DNA of 64,000 nucleotides, taken from Pseudomonas sp. (GTDB lineage: Bacteria > Pseudomonadota > Gammaproteobacteria > Pseudomonadales > Pseudomonadaceae). Positions within the stretch are counted from its first letter, which is position 1. Each line of letters begins with the position of its first letter. Below the pieces are notes generated by a model. The model did not search any database. It had not been told where the DNA came from and saw nothing but the letters and a program-made list of their open reading frames with translations. Shown in pieces: positions 45,324 to 57,290 of the stretch. The position numbers were made by a program, and so were the translations under genes. The stretch is taken from the NCBI GenBank assembly GCA_034670165.1, contig JAXMNZ010000007.1, positions 39,293 through 103,292 on the forward strand, written 5' to 3'.

Positions 45324-46100
45324 TCAGCGGGTAATGCCGCGGGTCGAGGCGACGATGGAGTCGCGATAGAGGGCAATTTCGGAGTACTGGCTGGCGCTTT
45401 CTTCCAGCGCCTTGAGCGCATCTGCCAGGGTCAGGCCCTGGCGATAGACGATCTTGTAGGCACGGCGCAGGGCCGCTACCAGCTCGGGGCTGTAGCCACG
45501 TCGGCGCATGCCCTCGAAGTTCATGCCATGGGCGCTGGCGGGGTTGCCACCGACCATGACAAAGGCCGGAATATCCTTGAACACGGCGCTGTTGGCAGCG
45601 CTCATCGACCAGGCCCCAAGCTTGCAGAACTGATGCACGGTGGTATAGCCACCGAGAATAGCGCCGTCGCCGATCTGTACATGGCCGGCGATGGTGGCGT
45701 TGTTGGCCATGATGACGTTGTCGCTGACCACACAGTCGTGGGCTACATGCACATAGGCCATCAGCAGGTTGTGGCTGCCGATACGGGTGATGCCCTGATC
45801 CTGAACGGTGCCGCGGTGCAGTGTGCACCCTTCGCGAATCACGTTGTGATCCCCGATGATCAGTTGGGTGGGCTCGCCCCGGTATTTCTTGTCCTGACAG
45901 TCTTCACCCACCGAGGAAAACTGGAAGATCCGATTGTGCTGGCCGATCGTGGTTGGCCCGCGCACTACTACGTGGGGGCCTATGACGGTGCCTGCACCAA
46001 TCTCGACATCCGGCCCGATAAGAGACCAGGGGCCGACTTCGACGTCCTCAGCCAGCCGTGCCGCAGGATCAACCAGGGCCAGAGGGTGAATCCGCGTCAT
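45324..46100 (-). CDS. lpxA: acyl-ACP--UDP-N-acetylglucosamine O-acyltransferase
   Basis: [29 protein letters not shown], hexapeptide repeats. 258 aa. Confidence 0.95.
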   Translation of the reverse strand: MTRIHPLALVDPAARLAEDVEVGPWSLIGPDVEIGAGTVIGPHVVVRGPTTIGQHNRIFQFSSVGEDCQDKKYRGEPTQLIIGDHNVIREGCTLHRGTVQDQGITRIGSHNLLMAYVHVAHDCVVSDNVIMANNATIAGHVQIGDGAILGGYTTVHQFCKLGAWSMSAANSAVFKDIPAFVMVGGNPASAHGMNFEGMRRRGYSPELVAALRRAYKIVYRQGLTLADALKALEESASQYSEIALYRDSIVASTRGITR

Positions 46101-46534
46101 ATCTTGTGTTCCGCACAGATGATTTCACCGGAACAGGCTTCCTTGCCGTCGACCGTCGCCCGACAGGCAAACTTCCAGATGCCCCGCTTGTTGCTCAGGT
46201 GTTGCGCTTCCAGCTGCAGTTGGTCGCCCGGTACCACGGGCTGACGAAAGCGCAGCTTGTCGGTGCCGACAAAGTAATAAAGCGTGCCGTCAGCCGGTTT
46301 TACATCCATCATCTTGAAGCCCAGCAGGCCTGCGGCCTGGGCCATGGCTTCGATAATCAGCACGCCCGGCATGATCGGATGCTCGGGAAAGTGACCATTG
46401 AAAAAAGGCTCGTTGACCGAGACATTCTTGTAGGCACGGATGTTCCGGGATTCAAGATTCAGTTCGACCACCCTGTCCACCAGCAGAAACGGGTAGCGGT
46501 GGGGCAGGTATTCTTTAATTTCCTTGATATCCAT
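46097..46534 (-). CDS. fabZ: 3-hydroxyacyl-ACP dehydratase FabZ
   Basis: [22 protein letters not shown]...[23 protein letters not shown]. Start moved to ATG 46534. 4-nt overlap with lpxA. Confidence 0.95.
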   Translation of the reverse strand: MDIKEIKEYLPHRYPFLLVDRVVELNLESRNIRAYKNVSVNEPFFNGHFPEHPIMPGVLIIEAMAQAAGLLGFKMMDVKPADGTLYYFVGTDKLRFRQPVVPGDQLQLEAQHLSNKRGIWKFACRATVDGKEACSGEIICAEHKI

Positions 46535-46584
46535 GTATTCGCAGGCCTTGCAATAAACAGTAGTAGACGCCTTGTCGGCGCGGC

Positions 46585-47658
46585 TCAGGACTCTGATGAG
46601 CCTTGAGAGTCCCGAGTCACCGCCAGCAACTCCTTTTCGAGTTGCTGAACTTTCTTGGCCAGCGAATCCAGCTGACGGAATCGGGCGGCGCTCTTGCGCC
46701 ATTCGACGGCCGGCTGCATTGCCGTTCCGGATGAATAGGCACCCGGTTCGGTGATGGAGCGCGTGACCATCGTCATACCTGTAACAAAGACGTTATCACA
46801 GATCTCGATATGCCCGACCATGCCCACGCCGCCGGCGATGGTGCAGTGCCGACCGATACGGGTGCTGCCGGAGATCCCCACGCAGGCAGCGATGGCGGTG
46901 TGATCACCGATATGTACGTTGTGCGCAATATGGATCTGGTTATCCAGTTTTACACCGTCGCCGATCACGGTGTCCGCCAGGGCACCGCGATCGATGGTGG
47001 TATTGGCGCCGATCTCCACGTCGTCGCCGACGCAGACACCGCCAATCTGGGCAATCTTCTGCCAGCGACCGCCGTCGTTGGCGAAGCCGAAACCTTCAGA
47101 GCCCAGAACGGCGCCAGACTGGATAACAACGCGGTCACCGATGCGAACGTCGTGATAGATACTCACACGGGGCGCCAGCCAGCCACCTGCGCCAATCTGC
47201 GAGCGCGCTCCGACCACACACTGGGCGCCAACCACCGTACCCGCACCCACGACTGCATCCGCTTCGATTACCGCGCCGGGGCCGATACTGGCCGAGGGAT
47301 CGATCTGCGCGCTCGCTGCCACCACGGCGGCAGGATGCACGCCGGCAGGGGCAACCGGTTTGGGATCGAAGTGATGGGACAGCCGAGCGTAGGCAAGATA
47401 GGGATTGGCCACAACCAATGCGTTGCCGGCAAAGTCGGTCGCATCCGCTTCGGTCAGCAGAACCGCGCCGGCGCGCGTGTCGCCGAGGTATTTACGGTAC
47501 TGACTGCTGGAGAGAAAGCTCAACTGATCAGCGCGGGCATCCTGAAGCGTGGCCAGCCCGGCAATTTCCTGGTCGGGGCTGCCAACCAGGCGTGCATCAA
47601 CCAGGGCGGCAATCGCCGCCAGCGTCAACGTGGAAGGTGAGCTCACAGGCCAGCTCAA
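46585..47658 (-). CDS. lpxD: UDP-3-O-(3-hydroxymyristoyl)glucosamine N-acyltransferase
   Basis: N-terminal [17 protein letters not shown], long left-handed beta-helix hexapeptide repeats. 357 aa. Confidence 0.93.
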   Translation of the reverse strand: MSWPVSSPSTLTLAAIAALVDARLVGSPDQEIAGLATLQDARADQLSFLSSSQYRKYLGDTRAGAVLLTEADATDFAGNALVVANPYLAYARLSHHFDPKPVAPAGVHPAAVVAASAQIDPSASIGPGAVIEADAVVGAGTVVGAQCVVGARSQIGAGGWLAPRVSIYHDVRIGDRVVIQSGAVLGSEGFGFANDGGRWQKIAQIGGVCVGDDVEIGANTTIDRGALADTVIGDGVKLDNQIHIAHNVHIGDHTAIAACVGISGSTRIGRHCTIAGGVGMVGHIEICDNVFVTGMTMVTRSITEPGAYSSGTAMQPAVEWRKSAARFRQLDSLAKKVQQLEKELLAVTRDSQGSSES

Positions 47659-48161
47659 CGCGACGCGTTCAGGCGCTCGATAACCTGGCGCGTAATGTCG
47701 TATTCAGCCTTGACGTCCACTACGGCACTGCGATCGATGACCAGGTCGTAATTGCCGGTCTGCAGAACGGTTTCCACCGCCTTGTCCAGGCGCGGCTTGA
47801 GGCTCTCGAGCATTTCGCGGTCAGCGCGCGCCTTGGCTTCGTTCAACTGCTTGGATTCGGTCTGGAAGTCACGGGCCTTCTGGCGAAACTCCAGGTCCAG
47901 TTTCTCCAGCTCGGTCTGGCCAAGTTTCTCGCCATCCTTCTGCATGCGCTCCTGCAGTCGCTTGGCCTCGGCCTCGAGGTTACGCAGGCGTTGCAGCTGG
48001 GTACCAAACTTCTTTTCGGCGTCAACCGAATAGGCCTTGGCTGCATCGGATTCCAGCAGCGCCATCTGGTAGTCGAGGACGGCGATCTTCATTTCGGCAG
48101 ATACGGTAAAGCTGGCCATTGCCAGGGCAGAAATCATTGCAACCTGAATAAACTTGCGCAC
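47655..48161 (-). CDS. skp: OmpH/Skp family periplasmic chaperone
   Basis: Signal peptide ([21 protein letters not shown]), then a Lys/Glu-rich coiled coil. GTG 48161 with GGAG 6 nt upstream avoids overlap with bamA. 4-nt overlap with lpxD. Confidence 0.8.
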   Translation of the reverse strand: MRKFIQVAMISALAMASFTVSAEMKIAVLDYQMALLESDAAKAYSVDAEKKFGTQLQRLRNLEAEAKRLQERMQKDGEKLGQTELEKLDLEFRQKARDFQTESKQLNEAKARADREMLESLKPRLDKAVETVLQTGNYDLVIDRSAVVDVKAEYDITRQVIERLNASR

Positions 48162-48195
48162 TCTAAAGCTCCTGTTACGTGTAAGGATTCCCGGA

Positions 48196-50547
48196 TCAGA
48201 ATGTCTGACCAAGGGTAAACTGGAATACCTGGGTGTCATCTTCGGACTGACTGTTCAAAGGTACCGCGAGGCTGAAGCCCAGTGGCCCGAGGGCAGTCAA
48301 CCATGACAGGCCGAGACCGGCACTGTAACGAAGGTTGCCCAGATCCACCTCACCACAGCCGGGGTTGTCTTCACCGTTGTTCAGTGTTTCACGGCTGCAG
48401 TAGGTGTCATACACATTGCCCGCATCGAGGAACAGAACCGTCCGCAGTGAACTCTGGTCCTTGATGAAGGGTACCGGGAAGATCAGTTCGCCACCGCCAA
48501 CCATCTTCACGTTACCGCCGAAGGGCAACTCATCCTTGTCCGGATCCGCCGTGGCCGGCGTACTGCGCGGGCCCAGCGAGCTTTCGCGATAGCCACGCAC
48601 CGAGCCGATACCGCCAGCATAGTAATGCTCGTAGAAGGGCACGCTCTGGGTCGAACCGAAACGGCGGGCAAAACCGACGTTGCCATGCAGGCGCAGGGTC
48701 AGATCCTCGGTCACCGGGAAGTAACGCTGGGCGCGGTAATCGATCTTGTAGAACTGCAGGTCGCTACCCGGGATGGTGGTTTCGAAGTTGACACTCTGGG
48801 AGCTGCCCCGGTCAGGGAAGACACCACGGTTGAGGGTCGATTGCGACCAGCCCGCGTTGAACTTGAAGTTGGTGAAGCTGTCGCCCTCGCGTTGCAGGAA
48901 CTGGGTGATTTCCTGCACGGTAAAGGTACCGGTCTGGATATCGTCCTGCTGGGCACTCAGACCGAAGGACAACCGCGAAGTGTCGGTAATCGGATAGCCG
49001 ATATTGAAACCGCCACCATAGGAATCGACCGAGTAGCTCGATACGTCCACGTTCAGCTTGTCATAGTCGGTGGCGCGATAGAACGCGTTATACCCGAGGC
49101 TGACGCCGTCCACGGTGAAGTAGGGATCCAGGAAACCGAAGGACAGGGCCGTCTGGTACTCGGAGCGGTTGGCGCTGAGGCTGACCCGGTTGCCGGTCCC
49201 GAAGAAGTTGTTCTGGCTGATCGAGCCACCGACGATCAGACCGGTGCCCTGGGCAAAGCCCAGACTGGCGGTGATCGAGCCGGAAGGCTGCTCTTCGACG
49301 GTGTAGTTGACGTCGATCAGATCATCGGCGCCAGGGACCGGGACCGTTTCAACGTCGACTTCCTTGAAGAAACCCAGACGCTCGAGACGCACCTTGGATT
49401 GATCGATCAGGTAGGTCGAGGCCCAGCCGCCCTCCATCTGGCGCATTTCACGGCGCAGGACTTCGTCTTCGGTCTTGGTGTTGCCGCGGAAGTTGATCCG
49501 GTTCACGTAGGCCCGCTTGCCCGGATCCACGAAGAAGGTCACTTCGACACTCTGGTTCTCTTCGTTGATGTCCGGGATGCCGTTGACGTTGGCGAAGGTA
49601 TAGCCTTCGTTGCCAAGCCGCCGACTGATCAGCTCGGACGTCGCGGTCATGACCTGACGGGAGAATACCTGGCCCGGCTCGACCAGCAGCAAACGACGAA
49701 TCTCTTCTTCCGGCACGATCAGGTCGCCGGACAGGTTCACATCATTGACGGTATAGAGCTCGCCCTCATTGATATTGACGGTGACATATACGTTCTTCTT
49801 GTCCGGGGTGATGGTCACCTGGGTCGAAGCGATGCTCATGTTGATATAGCCGCGGTCCAGGTACCAGGAGCGCAACCGCTCCAGGTCGCCGGAGAGTTTC
49901 TCGCGGGAGTACTTGTCATCGCTGCGCAGGAACGACAGCCATCCGGAACTCTTGAGCTCGAACAGGTCTACCAGATCCTCGGTTGCAAAAACCGTATTGC
50001 CGACGACGTTGATGTGCTTGATCGACGCAACGGAGCCTTCATCGATCTGGATCTTGATCGATACCCGGTTGCGCGGCTCGGCAATCACTTCGGTCTCGAT
50101 ATCAGCCGAATAGCGGCCCTGGGCCACATACTGACGCAGCAGCTCGTTGCGTACGCCTTCGAGTGTTGCCTGCTGGAAGATCTCGCCTTCCGACAGCCCG
50201 GCCATGCGCAGCCCGTCGAGCAGCGCTTCGCTCTCGATAGCCTTGTTGCCCTCGAGCTCGATGGCAGCAATGGAGGGACGTTCCACCACCGTCACGACCA
50301 GCACGTTATCTTCACGGCCCAGCTGAATGTCCTGGAAGAAGCCGGTGCGAAACAGCGAGCGGCTGGCCTCCACCAGCGTCTGGTCATCGACCTGGTCGCC
50401 GATATTCAGGGGAAGAGCAGCAAAGACGCTGCCAGCCGAGACTCGCTGCAGACCGTTGATCCGGATATCGGAGATCCGGAAGGCGTCGGCAAGGGCCATT
50501 GGCGCGAGGAGTATCAGCAATAGCGCAGGCAATAGGTAACGTTTCAT
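48196..50547 (-). CDS. bamA: outer membrane protein assembly factor BamA
   Basis: Signal peptide, five POTRA-like repeats, and a C-terminal barrel ending FQFTLGQTF. 783 aa. Confidence 0.95.
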   Translation of the reverse strand: MKRYLLPALLLILLAPMALADAFRISDIRINGLQRVSAGSVFAALPLNIGDQVDDQTLVEASRSLFRTGFFQDIQLGREDNVLVVTVVERPSIAAIELEGNKAIESEALLDGLRMAGLSEGEIFQQATLEGVRNELLRQYVAQGRYSADIETEVIAEPRNRVSIKIQIDEGSVASIKHINVVGNTVFATEDLVDLFELKSSGWLSFLRSDDKYSREKLSGDLERLRSWYLDRGYINMSIASTQVTITPDKKNVYVTVNINEGELYTVNDVNLSGDLIVPEEEIRRLLLVEPGQVFSRQVMTATSELISRRLGNEGYTFANVNGIPDINEENQSVEVTFFVDPGKRAYVNRINFRGNTKTEDEVLRREMRQMEGGWASTYLIDQSKVRLERLGFFKEVDVETVPVPGADDLIDVNYTVEEQPSGSITASLGFAQGTGLIVGGSISQNNFFGTGNRVSLSANRSEYQTALSFGFLDPYFTVDGVSLGYNAFYRATDYDKLNVDVSSYSVDSYGGGFNIGYPITDTSRLSFGLSAQQDDIQTGTFTVQEITQFLQREGDSFTNFKFNAGWSQSTLNRGVFPDRGSSQSVNFETTIPGSDLQFYKIDYRAQRYFPVTEDLTLRLHGNVGFARRFGSTQSVPFYEHYYAGGIGSVRGYRESSLGPRSTPATADPDKDELPFGGNVKMVGGGELIFPVPFIKDQSSLRTVLFLDAGNVYDTYCSRETLNNGEDNPGCGEVDLGNLRYSAGLGLSWLTALGPLGFSLAVPLNSQSEDDTQVFQFTLGQTF

Positions 50548-50617
50548 GAAATCCGTTCTGGCTGACTGGTTAAATTCTATCCACCGCGTGCGGCAGCTCG
50601 TGTTCCTTCGATCCCGG

Positions 50618-51979
50618 CTAGCTACCCAGGCGGCTTATGTCGTTGAAGATCGCGAACAGCATCACACCCGCTATCAACGCTACACCGATCTGCAATCCCC
50701 AGGCCTGAAGTCGTTCAGACAATGGCTTGCCACGAATCCACTCAGCCGTGTAATAGACCAAATGCCCGCCGTCCAGGACCGGAATGGGCAGTAGATTCAG
50801 CACGCCAAGACTGATGCTCAGGTAGGCAATGAAGTTGAGAAAACTCTCAGGACCTGACTTGGCCGAAGCGCCCGCCACTTTAGCAATGGTTATCGGACCA
50901 CTCAAGTTTTTTGCCGAGACAAGGCCGGTGAGCATCTTCTTCAGTGAATCCAGGGTCAGAACCGTCATGTCCCAGGTCTTGGCCACCGCCACCGGAATCG
51001 CCACCAGCGGGTTGTAATCGATTTCCCGGATCATGTGCTCTGGCCAGTCGAAGGCAGCCACGCCCAGCCCGGCAAATCCCGACTGCTCACCATTGTGCTC
51101 ACGGGCCTGGGGGACCAGGGTCAGAATCTGGCGCTGTCCGTCACGCTCGACACCCACTTCCATGGGCTGATTGGCACTGGCCTGGATCGCGGGCACCACT
51201 TCGCTGACCCAGTTGTCCACCGCTTCGCCATTGATACTGACGATAAGATCACCCGGCTGCAGACCCGCAGCCTGCGCCGCGCCGCCGTCACTGACCTGAC
51301 CTACCAGCGGCGGCACGTCCGGCTGCCAGCTGCTCAGCCCCAGCGCCCCGATGGGATCGGGCTGGTCGGCACCACGCAGCCAGTCAGAAAGGACCAGGGT
51401 ATAGTTCTGCGGCATCGCCCCGGCAGACTCGATCGCCTTTATCTGCATCTGTCCGCTTTCACCCAGACGGCGGATCAATTGCAGATTGACCTCCTGCCAG
51501 CTGCGGGTGGCGGTGCCATCAACCTCGACGATTTCCAGCCCTTCGACCAGCCCTGCGCGATCAGCCACGCTGCCCTGTTCTACCGGCCCCAGAACCGGCG
51601 CCAGCGTAGTAATGCCCAGCACCGCGATCAGCCAGAACGCGACGATGGCGAGCAGGAAGTTGGCGACAGGTCCGGCGGCTACCACGGCAATGCGCTGCTT
51701 GACGTCCTTGCGATTGAACGCCTGGTCCAGCTCCGCGGGATCGACCGGACCTTCGCGCTCGTCCAGCATCTTTACATAGCCACCCAGCGGGATAGCCGCA
51801 ATCATGTATTCGGTGCCGCGCTTGTCATGCCAGCTGCAGAGGGCCGGGCCAAAACCGACGGAAAAGCGCAGCACCTTGACGCCACAGCGCCGGGCGACCC
51901 AGAAATGGCCGTACTCGTGAATGGTGACCAGCAGACCCAGGGCTACGACAGTCGCCAACAGGGTGAATAAGAGATCCAT
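50618..51979 (-). CDS. rseP: RIP metalloprotease RseP
   Basis: HEYGHFWVAR (HExxH), PDZ region, NLLPIPVLDGGH. 453 aa. Confidence 0.93.
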   Translation of the reverse strand: MDLLFTLLATVVALGLLVTIHEYGHFWVARRCGVKVLRFSVGFGPALCSWHDKRGTEYMIAAIPLGGYVKMLDEREGPVDPAELDQAFNRKDVKQRIAVVAAGPVANFLLAIVAFWLIAVLGITTLAPVLGPVEQGSVADRAGLVEGLEIVEVDGTATRSWQEVNLQLIRRLGESGQMQIKAIESAGAMPQNYTLVLSDWLRGADQPDPIGALGLSSWQPDVPPLVGQVSDGGAAQAAGLQPGDLIVSINGEAVDNWVSEVVPAIQASANQPMEVGVERDGQRQILTLVPQAREHNGEQSGFAGLGVAAFDWPEHMIREIDYNPLVAIPVAVAKTWDMTVLTLDSLKKMLTGLVSAKNLSGPITIAKVAGASAKSGPESFLNFIAYLSISLGVLNLLPIPVLDGGHLVYYTAEWIRGKPLSERLQAWGLQIGVALIAGVMLFAIFNDISRLGS

Positions 51980-52040
51980 CCAGTGCCTCGCTCAGGGAAA
52001 GTGGATACCGCGCAATGATCGGCCGATCAGCGCAGAGGAT

Positions 52041-53225
52041 TCAACGATGACGGCTCAGCCAGCTCAGCGCGTGCTCGCGCGCACGGCGGTCGGTCTGCAG
52101 GATATGATCCAGATCCTGGACGGATTCAGGGGCCATGCGTTCAAGCGTCTGCTCGATGATAACAGGGATATCGGTAAAACCAATGCGCCCGGCCAGGAAA
52201 GCCTCGACCGCCACCTCGTTCGCGGCGTTGAGCACCGCGCAGGCTGTGCCGCCTGCCTCGGCGGCATCACGGGCCAGGCGCAGGCAGGGAAACATCTGCG
52301 GATCGGGAGCGCGGAAGTCCAGGCGCGCCACGGCCAGCAGATCCAGCGGACTGACACCGGAGTCGAGCCGCTCCGGCCAGGCCAGCGCATGGGCAATGGG
52401 CGTACGCATGTCCGGGTTGCCCAGCTGGGCAATCACCGAGCCATCAATGTAATCAACCAGCGAATGGACCACGCTTTGCGGATGGATTACCACCTCGATC
52501 TGCGCCGGCCGCACGTCGAACAACCAGGAGGCCTCGATCAGCTCGAGCCCCTTGTTCATCATGCTGGCTGAATCAACCGATATCTTCTGTCCCATGGACC
52601 AGTTCGGATGGGCGCAGGCCTGCTGGGGCGTAACGGACACCAGATCGGCTGCACTCATGTCACGGAATGGACCGCCCGAGGCTGTGAGGAGGATACGCCG
52701 CACACCTACGTCCGCCATGCCCCGGGCATAGTCGGTTGGCAGGCACTGGAAAATGGCGTTGTGCTCGCTGTCGATCGGCAGCAGAACGGCCCCGGACGCC
52801 TTCACGGCGCCCATGAACAGGGCTCCAGACATGACCAGCGCTTCCTTGTTGGCCAGCAGCACCCGCTTGCCCGCGCGCACAGCTGCCAGGGTCGGTCGCA
52901 GGCCTGCACCGCCGACGATCGCAGCCATGACCACATCCACTTCCGTAGCCGCCGCCACCTGCTCCAGCGCCTCGGCGCCAACCAGCACCTCGGTGGCGCA
53001 CCCGCCGGCGCGCAAACGGGACTGCAGGGCCCGGGCCTGAGCGTCATCCGCCACCACAGCGTACTGCGGGCAATGGGCCAGGCACTGGGTGTGCAGCACG
53101 TCCATCCGGCTGTGCCCGGTCAGGGCGAACACCCGATAACGTAGCGGGTGCCGCTCGATCACATCCAGCGTGCTGACTCCGATGGAGCCCGTGGCTCCGA
53201 GCACCGTGACCCAGGAAATACTCAC
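52041..53225 (-). CDS. dxr: 1-deoxy-D-xylulose-5-phosphate reductoisomerase
   Basis: [33 protein letters not shown] 53225 forms a GTGA overlap with the cdsA stop. Confidence 0.93.
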   Translation of the reverse strand: MSISWVTVLGATGSIGVSTLDVIERHPLRYRVFALTGHSRMDVLHTQCLAHCPQYAVVADDAQARALQSRLRAGGCATEVLVGAEALEQVAAATEVDVVMAAIVGGAGLRPTLAAVRAGKRVLLANKEALVMSGALFMGAVKASGAVLLPIDSEHNAIFQCLPTDYARGMADVGVRRILLTASGGPFRDMSAADLVSVTPQQACAHPNWSMGQKISVDSASMMNKGLELIEASWLFDVRPAQIEVVIHPQSVVHSLVDYIDGSVIAQLGNPDMRTPIAHALAWPERLDSGVSPLDLLAVARLDFRAPDPQMFPCLRLARDAAEAGGTACAVLNAANEVAVEAFLAGRIGFTDIPVIIEQTLERMAPESVQDLDHILQTDRRAREHALSWLSRHR

Positions 53226-54037
53226 GCCAGACGCTCTCCAATGAGCATCCAGCACAGGGCGAACACCGGTGCGGCCGCGGTCAGACTGTCTATGCGATCG
53301 AGCACGCCGCCATGGCCGGGCAGCAGACTGCTGCTGTCCTTCAGGCCCTGCTCGCGCTTGAACAGACTCTCGGTGAGGTCACCGACGACTGAAAACAACA
53401 CCACCAGGGCAGCGGCGGCCTGACCCAGCAACAGGGCCTCGAACCCCCAGCCCAGATACAGCAGCACACCCAGGGTGAGGATCTGGGTGAACACCAGTCC
53501 GCCGGCCAGGCCTTCAACCGTCTTGCCCGGACTGACCCGCGGCAGCAACTTGTTGCGCCCCCAGGTCTTGCCCGCCATGTAGGCGCCGATATCGGCCGCC
53601 CAGATCAACACCAGCACGCCGAGAATCAGCCACAAGCCGCTTTCCAGCGCGCGCAGCCAGACCAGAGCGTACCAGGCGGGCAGGAGAATCAGCAGACCGA
53701 ACAGCTGACTGATCATCGACCCGGCCCAGAGTCCGCGCCCCTTGGGATAGCGGCTGATCAGCACCAGGGCGACCACCCACCAGGCCAGAGCGGGCAACAG
53801 AAGGTACTGGGCGGGCCATGCCACCTGATAGAGTCCGACCATGAGCAGGGCCACTACCAGGGCATAGACGATCCGGCCCTTCTGACCCTCCTCCCCTGCC
53901 AGGCGCGCCCATTCCCAGGCGCCGAGAACCACAATGGCACCGACAAAAAGGGCAAAACCTGCGCCTTCCAGCAGCACGAAACCGGCGATGGCCAGAGGTG
54001 CGAGTACCACGGCTGTTATTATTCTCTGCTTGAGCAT
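53222..54037 (-). CDS. cdsA: phosphatidate cytidylyltransferase
   Basis: [40 protein letters not shown]. Multi-TM. 271 aa. Confidence 0.9.
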   Translation of the reverse strand: MLKQRIITAVVLAPLAIAGFVLLEGAGFALFVGAIVVLGAWEWARLAGEEGQKGRIVYALVVALLMVGLYQVAWPAQYLLLPALAWWVVALVLISRYPKGRGLWAGSMISQLFGLLILLPAWYALVWLRALESGLWLILGVLVLIWAADIGAYMAGKTWGRNKLLPRVSPGKTVEGLAGGLVFTQILTLGVLLYLGWGFEALLLGQAAAALVVLFSVVGDLTESLFKREQGLKDSSSLLPGHGGVLDRIDSLTAAAPVFALCWMLIGERLA

Positions 54038-54792
54038 CAGGTCTGGGCTCCCAGTATCTGTTCGCTGGTTTTACCGAATCGCCGTTGGCGCCGGGCAAAG
54101 TCGGCCAGTGCTTCGCGCAGGGCGTCCTGCTTGAAATCAGGCCAGTACAGGTCTGAGAAATACAACTCGGCGTAGGCCAGTTGCCAGAGCAGAAAGTTGC
54201 TGATCCTGCGTTCCCCGCCGGTGCGGATACACAGATCAGGTAGTGGCCAGTCGGCAGTACTCAGACAGGACTCGAGATCGTTTTCGCTGATGGCACCCGC
54301 CTCCAGCTCTCCGCTGGCTACCCGGGCGGCAAGCTGACGTGCAGCCTGAGCGATGTCCCACTGTCCACCGTAGTTGGCGGCTACCACGAGCGTCAACCTT
54401 CGGCACTCGGCAGTGAGGGCTTCGGCATCGGCCATGGCCTTGCGCAGCTCGGGGCTGAACCTCGAGCGGTCACCAATAATGCGCAGACGGATGTCGTTCT
54501 CGCGCAAGCGCCGGACCTCGCGGCGCAGGGCGCCGAGGAAGAGTTCCATCAGGGCCCCGACCTCGTCCTCCGGACGCCGCCAGTTCTCGCTGGAGAATGC
54601 AAAGAGGGTGAGCACTTCGACACCCTCTTCGGCACACACTTCGATGGCTGCCTTGACCGCGTCGACCCCGGCCTTGTGCCCGGCCACTCCGGGCATCAGG
54701 CGTTTGCGCGCCCAGCGATTATTGCCATCCATGATGATAGCAACATGGCGTGGCACCGCGGCGGCTACTGTAGCAGTCTTGTCATTCATCAA
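54037..54792 (-). CDS. uppS: isoprenyl transferase (undecaprenyl diphosphate synthase)
   Basis: HVAIIMDGNNRWA, LTLFAFSSENWRRP, RTGGERRISNFLLWQ. Confidence 0.93.
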   Translation of the reverse strand: MMNDKTATVAAAVPRHVAIIMDGNNRWARKRLMPGVAGHKAGVDAVKAAIEVCAEEGVEVLTLFAFSSENWRRPEDEVGALMELFLGALRREVRRLRENDIRLRIIGDRSRFSPELRKAMADAEALTAECRRLTLVVAANYGGQWDIAQAARQLAARVASGELEAGAISENDLESCLSTADWPLPDLCIRTGGERRISNFLLWQLAYAELYFSDLYWPDFKQDALREALADFARRQRRFGKTSEQILGAQT

Positions 54793-54813
54793 TAAGCACG
54801 TGGAATCCGGCCA

Positions 54814-55371
54814 TCAGATGGCCATCAGATCCGCTTCCTTGGCTTCCAGCGCCTTGTCGATCTCGGCAATGTATTTGTCGGTCAGCTTCTGAACGTCGTC
54901 CGCGGCACGGCGTTCCTCGTCCTCGCTGATCTCCTTTTCCTTCTGCAGGTCCTTCAGCGAGCTGATTGCGTCACGGCGAATGTTGCGCACAGCAACGCGG
55001 GCGTTCTCCGCTTCGGCACGGGCTGTCTTGGTAAAACCCTTGCGGGTCTCCTCGGTCAGGGCCGGCATCGGGATCCGGATGGTCGTACCGGCCGTGGCCG
55101 GGTTCAGACCCAGATCGGATGTCATGATGGCCTTTTCCACGGCCTGGATCATGCTGCGATCAAATACCGTCAGGGCCAGCGTGCGCGAATCCTCGACGTT
55201 GACGTTCGCCACCTGCCTGAGGGGCGTATCACTGCCGTAATAGGACACCATCACGCTGTCGAGAATACTCGGATGGGCACGGCCGGTGCGGATCTTGGCG
55301 AATGCGCCGCCAAGGGATTCGACTGACTTCTTCATGCGCTCCTGCGCATCCTTCTTGATTTCGTTGATCAT
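54814..55371 (-). CDS. frr: ribosome recycling factor
   Basis: [20 protein letters not shown]. 185 aa from the third ATG (55371), the canonical Frr N-terminus. Confidence 0.95.
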   Translation of the reverse strand: MINEIKKDAQERMKKSVESLGGAFAKIRTGRAHPSILDSVMVSYYGSDTPLRQVANVNVEDSRTLALTVFDRSMIQAVEKAIMTSDLGLNPATAGTTIRIPMPALTEETRKGFTKTARAEAENARVAVRNIRRDAISSLKDLQKEKEISEDEERRAADDVQKLTDKYIAEIDKALEAKEADLMAI

Positions 55372-55373
55372 CA

Positions 55374-56108
55374 TCAATCCTCGATCAATGTTCCTTCGGC
55401 GCTGCCTACCACTGCATTGAGCAGCGCACCGGGCTTGTTCATGTTAAATACCCGCAGAGGCATCTTGTGATCGCGAATCAGGCAGATCGCGGTCAGATCC
55501 ATCACGCCAAGCTTGAGATCGAGCACCTGATCATAGGTCAGACTGTCGAAGCGCTCGGCATTGGGATCCTTCATGGGATCAGCGTTGTATACGCCGTCGA
55601 CCTTGGTGGCCTTGAGCACCAGATCGGCATCGACCTCGATACCCCGCAGGCAGGCCGCCGTATCCGTGGTAAAGAAAGGATTGCCTGTACCAGCCGAGAA
55701 TATTACCACGTCCCCACCGGCAAGATAGCGCATCGCCTTGCGGCGGTCGTAGTGTTCGGTCACGCCTTCCATGGTGATGGCAGACATCACCCGGGTCTGG
55801 ATGTTCGAACGCTCGAGGGAATCGCGCATCGCCAGGGCGTTCATCACGGTGGCAAGCATGCCCATGTGATCGCCGGTGACCCGGTCCATGCCGGCGGCAT
55901 GCAGGGCGGCACCGCGAAAAAGGTTGCCTCCGCCAATGACCAGCCCGACCTGAACGCCGATACCGATCAACTGGCCGATTTCCAGCGACATCCGATCCAG
56001 CACCTTGGGATCGATACCGAAACCCTCGGTGCCCATCAGGGCCTCACCGCTTAGCTTGAGTAGGATACGTTTGTACTTGGGCTGGCGACTGCCGGGTACC
56101 TGGGCCAT
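55374..56108 (-). CDS. pyrH: UMP kinase
   Basis: [42 protein letters not shown]. Confidence 0.95.
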   Translation of the reverse strand: MAQVPGSRQPKYKRILLKLSGEALMGTEGFGIDPKVLDRMSLEIGQLIGIGVQVGLVIGGGNLFRGAALHAAGMDRVTGDHMGMLATVMNALAMRDSLERSNIQTRVMSAITMEGVTEHYDRRKAMRYLAGGDVVIFSAGTGNPFFTTDTAACLRGIEVDADLVLKATKVDGVYNADPMKDPNAERFDSLTYDQVLDLKLGVMDLTAICLIRDHKMPLRVFNMNKPGALLNAVVGSAEGTLIED

Positions 56109-56241
56109 CTTGACTCTCCTGCTGGGAATGGCGAAACGCTCAACAAGTTACAGCCGGAGGTCTCCATGACCAGCCGGGGCACCACCGGGGCTGACCCGAC
56201 ACATGCTGACCATGCCGGCTGCCACTTGTTCAGAGTTTCCT

Positions 56242-56276
56242 AAAAAAGAGGCTTCACGCCTGCGCGGGAAGCCTCT
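56242..56276 (-). terminator. rho-independent terminator after tsf
   Basis: Minus strand: AGAGGCTTC-12 nt-GAAGCCTCT, a perfect 9-bp stem, followed by TTTTTT. A second hairpin AGGCCACC/GGTGGCCT sits at 56294-56314. Confidence 0.75.
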
Positions 56277-56339
56277 GTCTGAAACTGTATTACAGGCCAC
56301 CTCGCGGGTGGCCTGCCATGCGCCCTGCGGGTCGCATGA

Positions 56340-57209
56340 TCACTGCTTGGTCGCCGCGACCTGGGCTGCCACTTCGGCGGCGAAATCAGACTCGGCACGC
56401 TCGATGCCCTCACCGACTTCGTAACGGACGAATCCGATGATCTCGGCTCCGGCCTTCTTCGCCAGCTCACCGACCTTGACGTCCGGATCCTTGATGAAGG
56501 GCTGCTCGACCAGGCTGGCTTCGGACAGGAACTTGTTGATCCGGCCCTTGACCATGTTCTCGACGATGTTCTCCGGCTTGCCAGCGATCTTTTCGGCGTT
56601 GAGGGCCAGGAAGATTTCCTTTTCCTTCGCCACTGCTTCCTCGGACACCTGGGTCGGGTCGAGGAACTGCGGGTTGCTCGCGGCAACATGCATGGCGATG
56701 TCCTTGGCCAGCTCGGCGTCACCGCCCTTGAGGGTGACCAGAACACCGATGCGATGGCCGTGCAGGTAGGCACCGATCACGTCGCCTTCGACGCGGGTCA
56801 GGCGACGGATGTTCACGTTCTCGCCACACTTGGCAACCAGTGCCTCGCGAGCCGCTTCCTGATCGGCGATCAGCGGTGCAGCGTCGGTGTAACCGGCAGC
56901 AACGGCTTTCTCCAGGCTGTCGTTGACAAAGCCCTTGAAGTCGTCCTGCAGAGCCAGGAAGTCGGTCTGGGAGTTGACTTCAATGATCACGCCGCTCTTG
57001 CCGTCGTCAGCTACCTTGGCAGCAATGGCGCCTTCGGCCGCGATGTTACCGGCCTTCTTGGCGGCCTTGATCGAACCGGCAGCACGCATGTCGTCGATCG
57101 CCTTTTCGATATCGCCACCGGCAGCTTCCAGGGCCTTCTTGCAATCCATCATGCCCTGGCCGGTGCGCTCGCGCAGTTCCTTGACCATGGCTGCAGAAAT
57201 CTGTGACAT
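56340..57209 (-). CDS. tsf: translation elongation factor Ts
   Basis: MSQISAAMVKELRERTGQGMMDCKKALEAAGGDIEKAID. 289 aa. Confidence 0.97.
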   Translation of the reverse strand: MSQISAAMVKELRERTGQGMMDCKKALEAAGGDIEKAIDDMRAAGSIKAAKKAGNIAAEGAIAAKVADDGKSGVIIEVNSQTDFLALQDDFKGFVNDSLEKAVAAGYTDAAPLIADQEAAREALVAKCGENVNIRRLTRVEGDVIGAYLHGHRIGVLVTLKGGDAELAKDIAMHVAASNPQFLDPTQVSEEAVAKEKEIFLALNAEKIAGKPENIVENMVKGRINKFLSEASLVEQPFIKDPDVKVGELAKKAGAEIIGFVRYEVGEGIERAESDFAAEVAAQVAATKQ

Positions 57210-57290
57210 GAGTTGTTCCTCTAGCTTGCTTGATTTGAGGCTGCCCTGGGGGTGCTCGGCAGCCGTATCATGTTGCTTTCACTATATTGC

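Noticed and set aside
45322-45828. Long N-terminal extensions in the ORF track that could be read as fusions or novel domains: lpxB 561 aa, HDOD 481 aa, fabZ 201 aa, SDR 330 aa, tesB 311 aa, dnaE 1207 aa, sulfatase 743 aa.
   Set aside because: Each extension overlaps the upstream gene or an intergenic region and is Arg/Pro/Gly-rich. Each also precedes an internal ATG or GTG that gives the canonical family N-terminus, often with a GGAG at correct spacing.
48625-50523. 632-aa ORF antisense to bamA. Similar long mirror ORFs lie at 3522-5210 (sulfatase gene), 27350-29284 (dnaE2), 37737-39281 (tilS/accA), 24390-25784 (valine operon), 44374-45084 and 41441-42676.
   Set aside because: All those I checked are in the same codon-aligned antisense frame (offsets 429, 123 and 666 nt, all divisible by 3) of genes with strong family signatures. 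This is the same compositional artefact as for glnD.
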